Positions 9,867 through 19,215 of a stretch of 64,000 nt of DNA are shown here, piece by piece. The position numbers were made by a program, and so were the translations under genes. A model generated the notes under the pieces. The model made no database searches. It was not told the DNA's origin and saw nothing but the letters and a program-made list of their open reading frames with translations. The DNA lies in the NCBI GenBank assembly GCA_040900375.1, contig JBBDZC010000012.1, positions 39,301 through 103,300 of the forward strand. Reading direction: 5' to 3'. The stretch is from Candidatus Anderseniibacteriota bacterium. Its GTDB lineage: Bacteria > Patescibacteriota > Andersenbacteria > UBA10190. Positions within the stretch are counted from its first letter, which is position 1. The number at the start of each line of letters is the position of its first letter.

Positions 9867-10625
9867 ATGGCAGACAATGTTATACCCACGACCCAATCCG
9901 GAAAACTACTTGGATTTGTTATTGTTGCCGGACTCTTTTATTTAGCGGGGCAGTATATTGCTTCAGCGCCCCAGCGTGCTTCTCAAGAGCAGGAAGCAGA
10001 ACGCCAAATTACCGTCTCGGGTCGCGGTGAAGTGCACAGTCGGCCTGACATCGCATATCTTACTTTAGGCGTCAATACGGGCGTGCGGCCATCGGCCGAA
10101 GAGGCATTAGGCCACTTAAGCGACCGCTTTACCGCCGTGGTCACGGCAGTGAAAGGCGCCGGGGTAGCCGAGGACGATATCACGACTACCAATGTATCCA
10201 TTAATCCGGTCTATGACTATGTCGAGGGCCGACAAATTCTTCGCGGCTTCGAAGCCCAGGAGTCTATCCGAGTAAAAATTCGCGAACTTAACCGCATTGG
10301 GGAAGTATTAACGCGGAGTACGATTGAAGGCGTTAATCAAGCTGGCGGAATTTCCTTTGCGATTGATGATGCCGAGGCGCTCCAACAAGAAGCGCAAGAA
10401 CAGGCGATCGCAGACGCCCAAGAAAAAGCGGAACAACTGGCGCGCGCGTTACAAGTCCGCTTAGGGTCCGTTAAATCTTTTTCCTCATCGCCCTCACCTC
10501 AAGACCCGCCAATTTTATACGAGCGAGCAGCCCTCGAGGCGGCGGGGAGTGCGGCTGCGCTTCCGGTGCCCCCAGGTTCGCAAGATATCGTGGCTCAAGT
10601 CACCATTACCTATGAACTACGCTAG
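9867..10625 (+). CDS. SIMPL (DUF541) domain protein
   Basis: ITVSGRGEV-SRPDIAYLTLGV, I-PVYDY, AIADAQEKAEQLA-AL-V-LG, VTITYEL. Confidence 0.92.
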   Translation: MADNVIPTTQSGKLLGFVIVAGLFYLAGQYIASAPQRASQEQEAERQITVSGRGEVHSRPDIAYLTLGVNTGVRPSAEEALGHLSDRFTAVVTAVKGAGVAEDDITTTNVSINPVYDYVEGRQILRGFEAQESIRVKIRELNRIGEVLTRSTIEGVNQAGGISFAIDDAEALQQEAQEQAIADAQEKAEQLARALQVRLGSVKSFSSSPSPQDPPILYERAALEAAGSAAALPVPPGSQDIVAQVTITYELR

Positions 10626-10664
10626 TCGGTGGACGCCGTTCGAAACCTTTTCACCACTTAGTCC

Positions 10665-10790
10665 AAATAAAAGTCACCACGGGCATAAGCCCGTGGTATC
10701 GGGGGACTTTTGTCTGTGGCGTGCCGGCTCCGCCGGAACAGTGACAAAGCCCTTCATCCTCGGGCTTACGCCCGAGGTCTTACGGGCTCC
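10665..10790. repeat. Palindromic REP/MITE-like element (family shared with 24491-24677)
   Basis: hairpins CCACGGGC-ATAA-GCCCGTGG and CCTCGGGC-TTAC-GCCCGAGG. Confidence 0.7.
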
Positions 10791-10823
10791 AGATAAAGCT
10801 AATATGACAGGCAAGTAATGTAC

Positions 10824-10851
10824 AAAAAAGGGTGCTAGTCCGTGGCACCCT
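10824..10851 (-). terminator. Intrinsic terminator
   Basis: minus strand AGGGTGC-CACGGACTA-GCACCCT followed by a T-tract. Confidence 0.75.
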
Positions 10852-10864
10852 AAAACTAAATGAG

Positions 10865-11191
10865 CTATTGATTCTCTGCTTGTGGTTTCCATTGTCGGTA
10901 TTCTAGTTCACGCCGAAGTTCCTCAAGAAGTTCCTGCTCTGGTCGGTGAGCATTCTGCTGAAGAAATTGAGCGCATTTAAGCACTTTCGTTTTACCCTGC
11001 GGAAGAAGTTCACACCAGGCATCGAAAGTTTCTGCATTAATCTCTTCAATATCTTTTTCCATGCCATCCAGTAAAACAAGTGAAATTACTCTGCTCGTGC
11101 GTTTGTTTAGTTCAGTGAGCACTTCGTCTTGAGACAATCTAGCCGCAACACGAGCGACGTGAAGAGCTTGTCCCCAATACGCTTCAAACAT
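10865..11191 (-). CDS. Putative XRE-like helix-turn-helix protein
   Basis: GQALHVARVAARLSQDEV...IS-V-L-GMEK resembles HTH_3; AAGGA RBS. Confidence 0.55.
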   Translation of the reverse strand: MFEAYWGQALHVARVAARLSQDEVLTELNKRTSRVISLVLLDGMEKDIEEINAETFDAWCELLPQGKTKVLKCAQFLQQNAHRPEQELLEELRRELEYRQWKPQAENQ

Positions 11192-11431
11192 AATTTATCC
11201 TTTCAAAAGAGCAGTTTGTTATCTATGTTGATCCGTTTTGTGATAGCTTATCACAATATTCAATTTTCATAGTTTCGCACTATAGACAGGATCAGAACCT
11301 TTTTCCAGAATACACCCGCCCAATTTTTTATCACCACCTTTGCGATACCAAATGCTTCCGACTAAGACGTTGGCTCCATTGTTGGTTCATGGACGGTGCC
11401 CTATAAGGCTGATATACTCCATAGTTAAACT

Positions 11432-12142
11432 ATGAGCATACTTCGTGATATTCAATTTAGGACAACTGATGGGAAGGGCGGCTACATAGCCCTTGATCGT
11501 TTTCCTGATTCTTGCCCAGCATGCGACCAGTCTATTGAGCCAGTCTTCGTTGATGCCTTCTCTAATTACACTGGAAGCATGGACGGTTTTCTGCAGGCAG
11601 TTTTTCGTTGCCCAAGACATAAGTGCGGGAGAATTTTCCTTGCGTATTATGTCGGTTCAAGAAGTATGCGCTCCGATTTAATGGAATTAAGCCAGATTGG
11701 CATTTTGACATCAGTGGAAGGTCGCTCTTTTGACCAGATAATCAGGGATATGTCAGAACGATTTACGGTTATATACCTTCAAGCCGAAATTGCGGAGCAT
11801 AATGGCTTAAAGGAGATATGTGGTCCAGGGTATAGAAAGGCACTTGAATTTTTGATTAAGGATTATTTGCTTCGGCAATGTGGAGGAGATGCACATAAAG
11901 AAGCCGCGGTAAAAAAGAAGAAGCTAGGAGCCGCCGTAAAAGACATTGACGATAGCAACATTCAGGCAACGGCAAAACGTGCTGCTTGGCTGGGAAATGA
12001 CGAAACGCACTACGAACGCAAATGGACCACTAAGGACCTGACTCACCTTAAAGACTTGATATCCTTAGTTGTGAACTGGATTGAGAACACAGAAAAAACT
12101 AAAAAATATGTGGAAGAAATGCCTGAAGAAGTAACTCCGTAG
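11432..12142 (+). CDS. DUF4145 (HEPN-like) domain protein with N-terminal Zn-ribbon
   Basis: CPAC...C-RHKC; IY-QA-AE--GL-EI-G-GYRKALEFLIKDY; AAWLGNDETHY-RKW. Confidence 0.8.
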   Translation: MSILRDIQFRTTDGKGGYIALDRFPDSCPACDQSIEPVFVDAFSNYTGSMDGFLQAVFRCPRHKCGRIFLAYYVGSRSMRSDLMELSQIGILTSVEGRSFDQIIRDMSERFTVIYLQAEIAEHNGLKEICGPGYRKALEFLIKDYLLRQCGGDAHKEAAVKKKKLGAAVKDIDDSNIQATAKRAAWLGNDETHYERKWTTKDLTHLKDLISLVVNWIENTEKTKKYVEEMPEEVTP

Positions 12143-12143
12143 T

Positions 12144-12749
12144 ATGCCTGACGAAAAAATAAAAATATCCGAAAAAGACTTTGAGGAGTTCATGCAAAAG
12201 CAAGGTTCAAAGTTTTTTCAAATAGAATCGGATGCAATGGGTGCTTATGGGGATAAGCAAATGGAACTTTTCTACAAAATTCTTGATTTTACCTATAAAA
12301 CTCTGACGGTAATCGCCTTAGTGGCTGGTTTTGGATTTACCGGGTTAGATAAGGTGCACAGTATATTACTCTTCGTTTTGGGCGAGGGATTTCTTTTCGC
12401 TGCAATTATCTACGGGCTGTATTGGGTGCAAAAAGTTTATGAAAGCAACCTTGATGCGTTGGATAAAGCTAAGGTGCGAATCAAGGAAGGTTTTGCTGCT
12501 CGTAATGCTGCCTTCAGAAAAATCTACAACAGCTACTTAGAAAAGAAAGAGGTAGAAAAGGCTGATATGGAAGATTTAACGCAAAAGAATAATGATTTGC
12601 TTCAAGTGTTTGCGGGCAAAACAGGTGAAAATAACAAGCAAGAAAGGACCCCACTCAAGCCCATAATGATTTTGTTTATTGCAGGCTCAATCTTAATTTT
12701 ATTTTCCTTTCCTTTCATATGTACCTTCGTGTTCTTATCTAAAATCTAA
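12144..12749 (+). CDS. Hypothetical membrane protein (3 TM)
   Basis: AT-rich ORF directly after the DUF4145 gene; three hydrophobic segments. Confidence 0.7.
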   Translation: MPDEKIKISEKDFEEFMQKQGSKFFQIESDAMGAYGDKQMELFYKILDFTYKTLTVIALVAGFGFTGLDKVHSILLFVLGEGFLFAAIIYGLYWVQKVYESNLDALDKAKVRIKEGFAARNAAFRKIYNSYLEKKEVEKADMEDLTQKNNDLLQVFAGKTGENNKQERTPLKPIMILFIAGSILILFSFPFICTFVFLSKI

Positions 12750-12758
12750 CACGATTTT

Positions 12759-13511
12759 TCAGCTCCGAATCATAGCGTCAAAAAAGGTTGGACCACCTTG
12801 TTTTGCTGATTCAGATTGCAAGCTAGCAAGGGTTGAAATCATTGCGCTATTCACCTCAAAAACAAAATCTTTACTTACCACCATTCGGTCATTAGCTAAG
12901 ACATTCAGCGCCCCGCTAACTGTGCCTTCGTGAATCAAGTTAATTTCAAGATTTTCAAACTCAATTGCTAGGCGGGCGATTCCCTTCCTAGCTACCACAA
13001 TAGGAAGGCGAGTCGTAAAATCATCTGCTCTACTCCCATTCTCGTTAATTTTGAAAAACTTCTTGAAATGCACAATACCATCACCCAAAGTAACGTAAAC
13101 CGCTTTAATTGCCACCGGCGCCTCGCTTTGGTTGTGAAAGGTAAATTCTAGGTGGATGCGAGTACCTGGAAGCTCCTGGCTCTTAATAACGCCCATAAAA
13201 GGACTAAGCGTTAAGAAAGACTGTTCAGTTGGACTATCATCTACCACGGGTGGCTTGTCTGAGGATGTAGTGCGCATAAGGTCTTGTATCTGTGCCACCA
13301 TGGTATCGTTGGCGCCGGATATTTGGTAAATGTTGAAGTTGGAGTTGTGAGTAGTATTGCCGACACCACCCTCAATATCCTTAATTGTCATTTTTTGCTT
13401 ATTTCTACTGGCAATTTCTTTATGCTCTTTAAAGTTATGGGAATTGTTCCGATTCCAAGTAAACGGAATAGACAATTTACCGACCAAATCTTTAAACCAA
13501 GATGATTCCAT
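12759..13511 (-). CDS. Hypothetical protein
   Basis: long AT-rich ORF; start likely ATG 13511. Confidence 0.65.
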   Translation of the reverse strand: MESSWFKDLVGKLSIPFTWNRNNSHNFKEHKEIASRNKQKMTIKDIEGGVGNTTHNSNFNIYQISGANDTMVAQIQDLMRTTSSDKPPVVDDSPTEQSFLTLSPFMGVIKSQELPGTRIHLEFTFHNQSEAPVAIKAVYVTLGDGIVHFKKFFKINENGSRADDFTTRLPIVVARKGIARLAIEFENLEINLIHEGTVSGALNVLANDRMVVSKDFVFEVNSAMISTLASLQSESAKQGGPTFFDAMIRS

Positions 13512-13677
13512 ATCATCAGCATTTTGCTCTTTTTCCTGCAAATTTCAAGCAGGAAATGGGGGTTTTGAAGGCTAGGCTTGTAACTCTGTCATTGAAACGA
13601 GTTCTGCCAGTTGGCTTGAGGATAAAGGGGTCAAGTACAATTATTTCTGCATCTTGATCTAGCGACTATTGTGCGTG

Positions 13678-13748
13678 TTCCGGGACAGGGATTCGAACCC
13701 CAATTTTCAGGTTCAGAGCCTGACGTCCTGCCGTTAGACGATCCCGGA
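13678..13748 (-). tRNA. tRNA-Gln(CTG)
   Basis: TCCGGGA/TCCCGGA acceptor, TCAGG-CTCTGAA-CCTGA anticodon arm, GGTTCGAATCC. Confidence 0.96.
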
Positions 13749-13787
13749 TTAACTTTCACCTTCTGATTATTAGAGTATTATGGAAAT

Positions 13788-14255
13788 ATGCAAATCTACA
13801 TTGGCGCTGACCACCGTGGACTGGCCCTAAAAGAGAGCCTCAAGAATTGGTTGCAGGAGGCAGGCCATGAGGTTACGGACGTCGGGCCCACGACAGTCAA
13901 TAAAGATGATGACTACCCGGATTATGGCATTCAAGTCGCACGGGCCGTTGGGGAGGCTCCCAAAGAGCGGCGGGGGATTGTTATTTGCGGTTCAGGGGTG
14001 GGGATGGCAGTCGTAGCTGATAAAGTCAAGGGGGTGCGGGCCGGCTTGATTCATGACCCGCGGATTGCCGAAGCCGCTCGCCGTGATGATAACATTAACG
14101 TATTGGCGCTTGGGGCAGATTTCGTGGATGAAGAACAGGCGCGGGAGGTAGTGTCCGCCTGGCTGACAACTGATTTTTCGGGTAAAGACCGGCACCAGCG
14201 CCGCCTTGATAAGATTCAGCGCTATGAGCATGAACACTCGTGCCCCTGTGCTTAA
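13788..14255 (+). CDS. rpiB: Ribose-5-phosphate isomerase B
   Basis: IGADHRG, DDYPD, ICGSGVGM, N-NVLALG, RHQRRLDKI. Confidence 0.95.
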   Translation: MQIYIGADHRGLALKESLKNWLQEAGHEVTDVGPTTVNKDDDYPDYGIQVARAVGEAPKERRGIVICGSGVGMAVVADKVKGVRAGLIHDPRIAEAARRDDNINVLALGADFVDEEQAREVVSAWLTTDFSGKDRHQRRLDKIQRYEHEHSCPCA

Positions 14256-14925
14256 CGTAGAGATTGTCCCCGCCATCCTCCGGCGCACCTACGAAAAAAT
14301 CGAGGCGGACTGGAATACGATCCAAGTAGTGGCGCACCACGTCCAAATTGATATTACTGATGGGATCTTTGCCGGGGATGGTTCTTTTCGAGACTTGCCG
14401 CGCTTCAAGCGACTAGTCAACAGTGAAAAAATTGAGCTGCACCTTATGGTGCATACACCAGCACACTATGTTGACGGGGTTGTTGATCTCAATCCGGCGC
14501 GCTGCGTTTTTCACCTGGAGGCTTTCAGTGGGACCAATGATTTGCAATTTATTTACCAGAAACTGCGGGCGGAAACCCAAGCCCAGTTGGCGCTGGCCAT
14601 AAATCCCGAAAGTCCAACGGCGCGCCTCGAAGAATTCCTGCCGCTTCTAGATTACGTTTTATTCATGGGCTACAACCCTGGCTGGGCCAACCAGCCGCTC
14701 AATCCGATTGTTTATAACAAAATTCGGTCTTTTCGCGAGCAGCACGCGGACTTTCCGGTAGCGGTCGATGGCCACGTCAATCGCGAAACAATTGAACCGT
14801 TTATCCGCGCCGGCGCGGGCATTTTGTGCGCGAATACGGCGATCTTTGGCCAGGGAGAACCAGTGGAAAACTACCGCCAATTAACACTCCTGGCAGAAGC
14901 GGCCCACCAAGCAGTCCGCGCTTAA
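14224..14925 (+). CDS. rpe: Ribulose-phosphate 3-epimerase
   Basis: QIDITDG-F, ELHLMV, FHLE, AINPESP, MG-NPG--Q, VDGHV. Confidence 0.88.
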   Translation: MSMNTRAPVLNVEIVPAILRRTYEKIEADWNTIQVVAHHVQIDITDGIFAGDGSFRDLPRFKRLVNSEKIELHLMVHTPAHYVDGVVDLNPARCVFHLEAFSGTNDLQFIYQKLRAETQAQLALAINPESPTARLEEFLPLLDYVLFMGYNPGWANQPLNPIVYNKIRSFREQHADFPVAVDGHVNRETIEPFIRAGAGILCANTAIFGQGEPVENYRQLTLLAEAAHQAVRA

Positions 14926-15004
14926 ACGTGAACGAAAAAGCACGCGTACTTTTCTTAAAGTTACGGTATGATACTAGGGTAGTAATTCTTCAGGTCGTAG
15001 CGTC

Positions 15005-15889
15005 ATGAGAAAACTAACCACTCTGCCGGAACTCAACCGCATGGCTAACACAGTGCGGACAGATATTATTAAGATGCTGCTGGCGGCGGGGTCGGGGCAC
15101 AGCGCCGGACCCCTGGATTTAGCTGATATTGCGACCGCCCTCTACTTCAATGTCATGAATATGAGCCCGAAGCAGAAAGACGATCCCGACCGGGACCGCT
15201 TGTTCATCTCGTGCGGGCACACCGCCCCGGTGTGGTATGCCGTGCTTGCACGCGCAGGATTTTTTCCTGTTGAAGAACTCAAAACCCTGCGGAAGCTCGG
15301 CACGCGCTTGCAAGGTCATGTTGATCGCCTGACCGTGCCTGGTATTGAAAGCAGCCACGCCAGTTTAGGTCAGGGTTTAGGTGTCGCTGCCGGCTGCGCC
15401 TATGCGGGACAGCTCGACGGCAAACGGTACCAGACCTACTGCATTTTATCTGACGGAGAACATGACGAAGGCTCGGTCTGGGAAGCGATTTCGTTTGCCG
15501 GTCATTACCGCCTCATGCACTTAACGGCCATTATTGACCGCAACAACATTCAAATTGATGGGCCAACCGAACAGATAATGACGAAAGAGCCTCTGCGTGA
15601 ACGTTACGAGGCCTTTGGCTGGCACGTGATTGATGTGAACGGCCACAACATCGAGGAATTTATTGACGCGTGCCAAGAGGCTACAGCCATCATTGAGAAG
15701 CCGGTGTGTATTATTGCCCACACGATTGCCGGCAAAGGAGTTGACTTTATGGAATTTGATTACCGGTGGCATGGCGACCCGCCCGGTAAGCGCGAGACGG
15801 AGCGAGCGCCGGCTAAAGAAGACCAAGGGAGAATCGCCTTGCAGCAACTGCGAACGCTGCAGGGCAAAATTAAGAATATGGATCTCTAG
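15005..15889 (+). CDS. Transketolase N-terminal subunit
   Basis: GSGHSAG, DRLFISCGH, LQGH, SLGQGL, SDGEHDEG-VWEA, HT-AGKG. Confidence 0.95.
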   Translation: MRKLTTLPELNRMANTVRTDIIKMLLAAGSGHSAGPLDLADIATALYFNVMNMSPKQKDDPDRDRLFISCGHTAPVWYAVLARAGFFPVEELKTLRKLGTRLQGHVDRLTVPGIESSHASLGQGLGVAAGCAYAGQLDGKRYQTYCILSDGEHDEGSVWEAISFAGHYRLMHLTAIIDRNNIQIDGPTEQIMTKEPLRERYEAFGWHVIDVNGHNIEEFIDACQEATAIIEKPVCIIAHTIAGKGVDFMEFDYRWHGDPPGKRETERAPAKEDQGRIALQQLRTLQGKIKNMDL

Positions 15890-15892
15890 CCT

Positions 15893-16888
15893 ATGTTCAG
15901 CAAGGGAGCGCACCTTAAGCGCACCACCCTCGACCCCGACGTGGAACTAATTCCCACCCGCGATGGCTATGGCATGGGCATTGTGGAGTTGGGTGAAAAA
16001 GACGAGCGAATTATGGTGTTGTGTGGTGATTTATCGGAATCAACCCGGAGCGCGAAATTTCGTGATGCCTTCCCCCAGCGATTCATCCAAGTAGGCATCG
16101 CTGAACAAAATATGGCGGTGGTCGCAGTCGGTTTGGCGCTCCAAGGTAAGATTCCCTTTATTTCTACGTACGCCGTTTTCTGTCCAGGGCGCAACTGGGA
16201 CCAGGTTCGTATTTCCGGCTGTTACAATAATGCCAACGTTAAGTATGCGGGAGCTCATACCGGCATCTCGGTCGGGCCGGATGGCGCCACGCACCAAGCG
16301 ATGGAAGACATTGCGTTGACGCGCGTGCTGCCTCGCATGACAGTGCTCGTACCGTGCGATGTAGAAGAAACCCGCAAGGTTGTCCACGCGGCGGCAAAAA
16401 TTAACGGGCCAGTCTACTTTCGCTTTGCGCGGACCGGCACACCAGCTTTTACCACAGATAAAACGCCTTTTAAAATCGGCAAAGCGACTGTTTTCCGCGA
16501 GGGGAGTGATGTTGCGATTATTGGAGCCGGGCCTATTATTCATTCGGCACTGATGGCCGCAGACCGTTTAGTCGAAAAAGGTATTTCCTGTCGGGTCATT
16601 AATTCACCCAGCATCAAGCCGCTCGATACGGAGACAATTGAACGCGCCGCGCGAGCATGTGGCGCAGTGGTTACCTGTGAAGAACATCAAGTTATGGGCG
16701 GCGTGGGCAGCGCCATCGCCGAGGCTTTAGCGACGAGCTACCCCGTACCGATAGAGTTTATTGGCATGCATAACTCATTTGGTGAATCAGGCGAGCCGAT
16801 GGAGCTCCTGAAAAAGTACCGCATGGACGCCGACGCAATTGCCGACGCAGTCAGGCGCGTGGTGAAACGTAAGCGCTCCTCACGATAG
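15893..16888 (+). CDS. Transketolase C-terminal subunit
   Basis: GIAEQNM, GPDGATHQ-EDIA, GPVYFR, IKPLD, EEHQ--GG-GSA. Confidence 0.95.
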   Translation: MFSKGAHLKRTTLDPDVELIPTRDGYGMGIVELGEKDERIMVLCGDLSESTRSAKFRDAFPQRFIQVGIAEQNMAVVAVGLALQGKIPFISTYAVFCPGRNWDQVRISGCYNNANVKYAGAHTGISVGPDGATHQAMEDIALTRVLPRMTVLVPCDVEETRKVVHAAAKINGPVYFRFARTGTPAFTTDKTPFKIGKATVFREGSDVAIIGAGPIIHSALMAADRLVEKGISCRVINSPSIKPLDTETIERAARACGAVVTCEEHQVMGGVGSAIAEALATSYPVPIEFIGMHNSFGESGEPMELLKKYRMDADAIADAVRRVVKRKRSSR

Positions 16889-16926
16889 TTTTTTCCTGTC
16901 TTAAATTCTTAAAACACCCTAATTTT

Positions 16927-17895
16927 ATGGCGAAAGTTTTCATCAGTTATAAACTACCAGTAATCGCACAGCAGCGCTTGGAACAAGCCGGTCACAGTGT
17001 GGTTGTTCGCGAAGAAGAAACGCTGGTCTCGCGGGAAGAGCTTGTCACCGCGGTCCAGGAGTATGAGGCACTCTTACTCCTGTTGACTGACAAGGTAGAC
17101 CAGCCCTTGCTGGCCCAAGCAGGCCCCCAGCTCAAAGTAATTGCCAATTATGCCGTGGGTTTTGACAATATTGATGTGGCGGCGGCCCAGGCGCGGGGGA
17201 TTGCGGTAACCAATACGCCCGAGGTATTAACCGAAGCGGTTGCTGAACACACCGTGACGCTCTTAGCAGCTCTCGCCCGGCGGATTGTAGAGTCAGACAG
17301 CTTCCTGCGAATGGGTAAGTATCACGGGTGGCGCCCCGAGTTGCTGCTGGGAACGGGTCTAGATAATAAAGTTCTGGGGATAGTGGGGTTAGGCCGAATA
17401 GGAGTGGAAGTAGCGCGGCGCGCGCAGTTTGGTTTCGGCATGAAAATTGCCTACAACGACCTCAAGCCCAATGCTGACTTCGAGCGAGAGTTTGCCGCGA
17501 CCTACTATGAGCATCTGGATGACCTGCTGCCTGCCGTGGATGCTGTTTCTTTGCATGTGCCCTTGCTGCCCGCCACACGCCATTTGATTAACCAGGAGCG
17601 GCTGGCGCTGATGAAGCCTACAGCCTTATTGGTGAATACTGCGCGCGGACCAGTGGTAGACGAAGCGGCGCTGGTAGCAGCGCTGCAAAACCAGACTATT
17701 GGAGGCGCCGCGCTTGATGTATTTGAACAGGAGCCAGAGCTTACTCCTGGTTTAGTTGAACTGCCCAACGTGGTTCTCACGCCGCATACCGCTTCGGCTA
17801 CAATTGAAGCCCGCGCGGCGATGGCGGAGTTGGCGGCGGATAATATTATCGCGGTGCTCGCCGGCAAGACGGCACTAACACCCGTTAAAGTCTAG
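16927..17895 (+). CDS. D-2-hydroxyacid (glycerate/glyoxylate) dehydrogenase
   Basis: AVGFDNID, NTP-VLT-AVAE, G-GRIG, NTARGPVVDE, LDVFE-EP, LTPH-AS. Confidence 0.93.
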   Translation: MAKVFISYKLPVIAQQRLEQAGHSVVVREEETLVSREELVTAVQEYEALLLLLTDKVDQPLLAQAGPQLKVIANYAVGFDNIDVAAAQARGIAVTNTPEVLTEAVAEHTVTLLAALARRIVESDSFLRMGKYHGWRPELLLGTGLDNKVLGIVGLGRIGVEVARRAQFGFGMKIAYNDLKPNADFEREFAATYYEHLDDLLPAVDAVSLHVPLLPATRHLINQERLALMKPTALLVNTARGPVVDEAALVAALQNQTIGGAALDVFEQEPELTPGLVELPNVVLTPHTASATIEARAAMAELAADNIIAVLAGKTALTPVKV

Positions 17896-17911
17896 ACAAA
17901 GGGAAGATGCC

Positions 17912-18400
17912 ATGAAGCCGAGGTTAAGTCCGCGCCAACGTATTTTCGGGATCGTACTCGTCGCTAGTCTGTGTGTCGGCGCGGGGGTGCTAGTGGCAAC
18001 CCAGATTGATTTTACAATGTGGGGCAAAAGCCGAGCCTCACCTGACCCGATGCTTTTGTTACGAGAAGTTACCTTGGGAACACTGGCCTCACCTGGTGAA
18101 GCTACCAAAACTACCCCGAAGCTGCGCCAAGCAAGTAGCTACCGCGTCAACGACCCGCTTGCTTTACGGATTACGATGGACCCGGCCGTCACCGAGCCAG
18201 TGACTCTCGTGGCCCGCCTGCTGACCCCAACCGGCCAGGTGGTAGAACTAGAACCCTCGTCAGTTACTTTTAGACCCGGCACTTCGACCCATTGTTGCTG
18301 GCAAGTTGCCCAGGGCAATGATTACACGTTACAAGTTTTCTATCTTGACCGTGTGATCACCGCTTTGCCACTGCGCATTGATGCTCCCTTTACTCGATAA
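17912..18400 (+). CDS. Hypothetical membrane-anchored protein
   Basis: N-terminal TM helix, operonic position. Confidence 0.65.
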   Translation: MKPRLSPRQRIFGIVLVASLCVGAGVLVATQIDFTMWGKSRASPDPMLLLREVTLGTLASPGEATKTTPKLRQASSYRVNDPLALRITMDPAVTEPVTLVARLLTPTGQVVELEPSSVTFRPGTSTHCCWQVAQGNDYTLQVFYLDRVITALPLRIDAPFTR

Positions 18401-18532
18401 GCTCATGGTGGCCATGCTCAATCGACAAGCACATCGCTACTCCTCTCACCAGCGCCGCCGGCAGCAAGTGTATCTCGGACTAATTTTACTACTAGTGATA
18501 GGTATTGATTGGTACCTACGGTCAAGGCAGTA

Positions 18533-18632
18533 ACCAACCCCACGTACTTACTTCCACAACCGCGGGTCCAGCCTTCGCTAAAGCTTAAGTCACCCGCGGC
18601 TGATGGGGGAATGAATCAGGTAGGGTTGGTAT
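18533..18632. repeat. ~100 bp MITE-like repeat, copy 1
   Basis: near-identical (1 substitution seen) to 21200-21299; terminal inverted repeat ACCAACCC...GGGTTGGT. Confidence 0.9.
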
Positions 18633-18638
18633 AAGTTC

Positions 18639-18666
18639 AAAAAGCCCGCACAAACTTTGTACGGGC
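18639..18666 (-). terminator. Intrinsic terminator
   Basis: minus strand GCCCGTACAAA-G-TTTGTGCGGGC followed by TTTTT. Confidence 0.75.
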
Positions 18667-18680
18667 AGAGCAGGAGTAGT

Positions 18681-19091
18681 TTAAGAGACGGCAACGGGAA
18701 CGGTTCGGCCTTCTTTTAAGAAACGCCAGGATAAATCTGGCCGGCGCTCCAGGTGGTATGCATCTTTCAGGCGCTCGCTAAAGCAACTCTGCGCGCTGAC
18801 CCATTGGTGCGGCTTGCGCTCGCCCGAAGAGTAACGGACCCACCACGAGTTATTCTGCAGGGCAAGACAGTAAACTCCGTACGTTATGTCAGGGTCTTTT
18901 TGCAGAGCATACTGGTGAGCGGAGCGACAATAAGGCTCATTCTCGGCAATGACCGCCGCCAAGGAAAGAGTCCGACTAGTAGGGCGATGGCACCAGTGAT
19001 CCAAATCCTCATGGGTTAGCTCTGCGCCAGTCAGGAGTCTAAGCAGCCGCTGTGGGTGTTCATGGCGAGACGACATCTCCACGTTATTCAT
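18681..19091 (-). CDS. Hypothetical protein (orphan)
   Basis: GAAAGGA RBS before ATG 19091, boxA-like leader, own terminator. Confidence 0.6.
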   Translation of the reverse strand: MNNVEMSSRHEHPQRLLRLLTGAELTHEDLDHWCHRPTSRTLSLAAVIAENEPYCRSAHQYALQKDPDITYGVYCLALQNNSWWVRYSSGERKPHQWVSAQSCFSERLKDAYHLERRPDLSWRFLKEGRTVPVAVS

Positions 19092-19215
19092 GGGAATCCT
19101 TTCTGTCAAAGAACGGTAAGAAAGTACAGGTGGGCCGCAAGCAAGATTGGTCGGTAGGATAAGCAGTGAAGAGATTTTATCTGCCGCAGATCAGCTCGTC
19201 AACCCCTCGATCCTA

